Shown here: one piece after another, positions 63,301-64,000 of the stretch
Position numbering within the stretch: the stretch's first letter is position 1
How the letters are laid out: each line of letters begins with the position of its first letter
Assembly: GCA_905178155.1 (NCBI GenBank)
Contig: CAJINV010000010.1
Span: forward strand, 3,740,587 to 3,804,586
Length of the DNA: 64,000 nucleotides
DNA from: Amoebophrya sp. A120
Taxonomy: Eukaryota > Protista > Dinoflagellata
Reading direction: 5' to 3'
Program-made: the position numbers and the translations under genes
Notes under the pieces: model-generated
Database searches by the model: none
What the model was told of the DNA's origin: nothing
What the model saw: the letters and a program-made list of their open reading frames with translations, nothing else

Positions 63301-63453
63301 CAAGCTCACAGCTTCTTTATTCCAGCAGACCCAGACACACTTGCATTCGATATGGAAGCCGCGGCAGAAGCTGTAAGGGATGAGGCCATACTGGAGACAC
63401 CCGGTGCAGCCCAAAGCCACAGCACTGGCCTCCGTTCGTGCCCGCTGCCTTAA
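60325..63453 (+). CDS. Pentatricopeptide-repeat (PPR) protein, 7 exons
   Basis: 35-aa repeats such as PDVVTYNILIKAH and PNVVTYNVLIAAH; Gly/Lys/Arg-rich N-terminal tract. Six introners removed with the +5 rule give one frame ending CPLP*. Confidence 0.9.
60668..61006. mobile_element. Introner, family A-related
   Basis: TIR TATTACAA.GAAAA; TSD CAACG; join SCN|GDP. Confidence 0.9.
61786..61996. mobile_element. Introner family G
   Basis: TSD AGGCG; join restores the PPR motif DAG|VAPNVVTY. Confidence 0.95.
62033..62182. mobile_element. Introner family D
   Basis: TSD TCGCT; join restores TYTS|LVDACAK. Confidence 0.95.
62362..62640. mobile_element. Introner family A, same orientation as 295-574
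   Basis: TSD CGGGA; internal sequence closely similar to 295-574. Confidence 0.94.
62707..62974. mobile_element. Introner family C
   Basis: TSD ATGCT/TTGCT. Confidence 0.92.
63061..63352. mobile_element. Introner family C
   Basis: TSD TGGAG/TGGAA. Confidence 0.92.
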
Positions 63454-64000
63454 TCCACGTGAGGAAGTGCCGTCCAGTTGGGATCTGCTCGGCGGGGAAG
63501 CAGCGCTGGCTGTAATCTGGTAACCAAATGCGTGCGCGCGCGCGCGCAGAGCGCGCTGCGCTGCCACACTGCTTGGTCTTGCCGGTGCCTCCAGCTTTTG
63601 GGAGTGCAACGAACCCCGTCTGCCGTTTTTGTGACGAGTGTAGTTATACAACGCAGCGAGTTGCTGGTAAAAGAGGATCTCTGGAATTTAAATTTTTCAA
63701 AGCGGTAGATCACAAGCAAGAGCAACGATATGCATGTTTAAGAAAACAGACAACAAGAAGAGGCTATCATCTCCTGTGAAAAAAGACGCAAAACAAAAAT
63801 CACAAAGGGATAGATATATGAACAGCACTACGTGTATGATTTTTTTGATTTATTTAAAGGTATGAAACGGTATGAGATAGAGTGTAAACGACATCGAGGA
63901 TTTTCTCGGATCACGTCGTACCTAGGGCGACTGTGTTTCAAAAATGTAAATCTCGATCGGTCAATGCACGCTGGAACTAAAATGCTCACATCAAAAAACA

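Noticed and set aside
295-63352. Recurrent ~30-bp TIR sequences as a CRISPR array
   Set aside because: They occur as inverted pairs with TSDs inside eukaryotic genes; no regular spacers and no cas genes.

Overview
Eukaryotic genomic DNA, with all host genes on the + strand. It strongly resembles the parasitic dinoflagellate Amoebophrya (Syndiniales); this is an inference from intron architecture. The host genes are a low-complexity protein, a WD40 protein, two paralogous secreted proteins, a TLC-domain membrane protein, a small unknown gene and a PPR protein. The window contains about 38 introner-type insertions, mostly 65-340 bp; two are enlarged by nested inserts. Nearly all begin TAT and end ATA, carry family-specific terminal inverted repeats (TIRs) and have a 5-bp target-site duplication (TSD). 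They occur in either orientation and share an internal GCATGACAAA-like motif. Removing the element plus 5 nt restores the ORF in almost every case I translated. Half of the window (27634-58036) is one giant Ty3/Gypsy-type LTR retrotransposon with about 97% identical LTRs, a GGTCT TSD, a tRNA-Gly primer-binding site and a PPT. Its pol carries a Macro domain and is split by an 11.1-kb multi-gene DDE-type DNA transposon, whose own genes contain decayed introners. Also present are a tandem segmental duplication encoding a signal peptide + 6x NLS repeat + F-box-like candidate nuclear effector, a solo LTR, a 1.9-kb TIR element and two inserts nested inside introners. Gene models were assembled by eye without transcript data.
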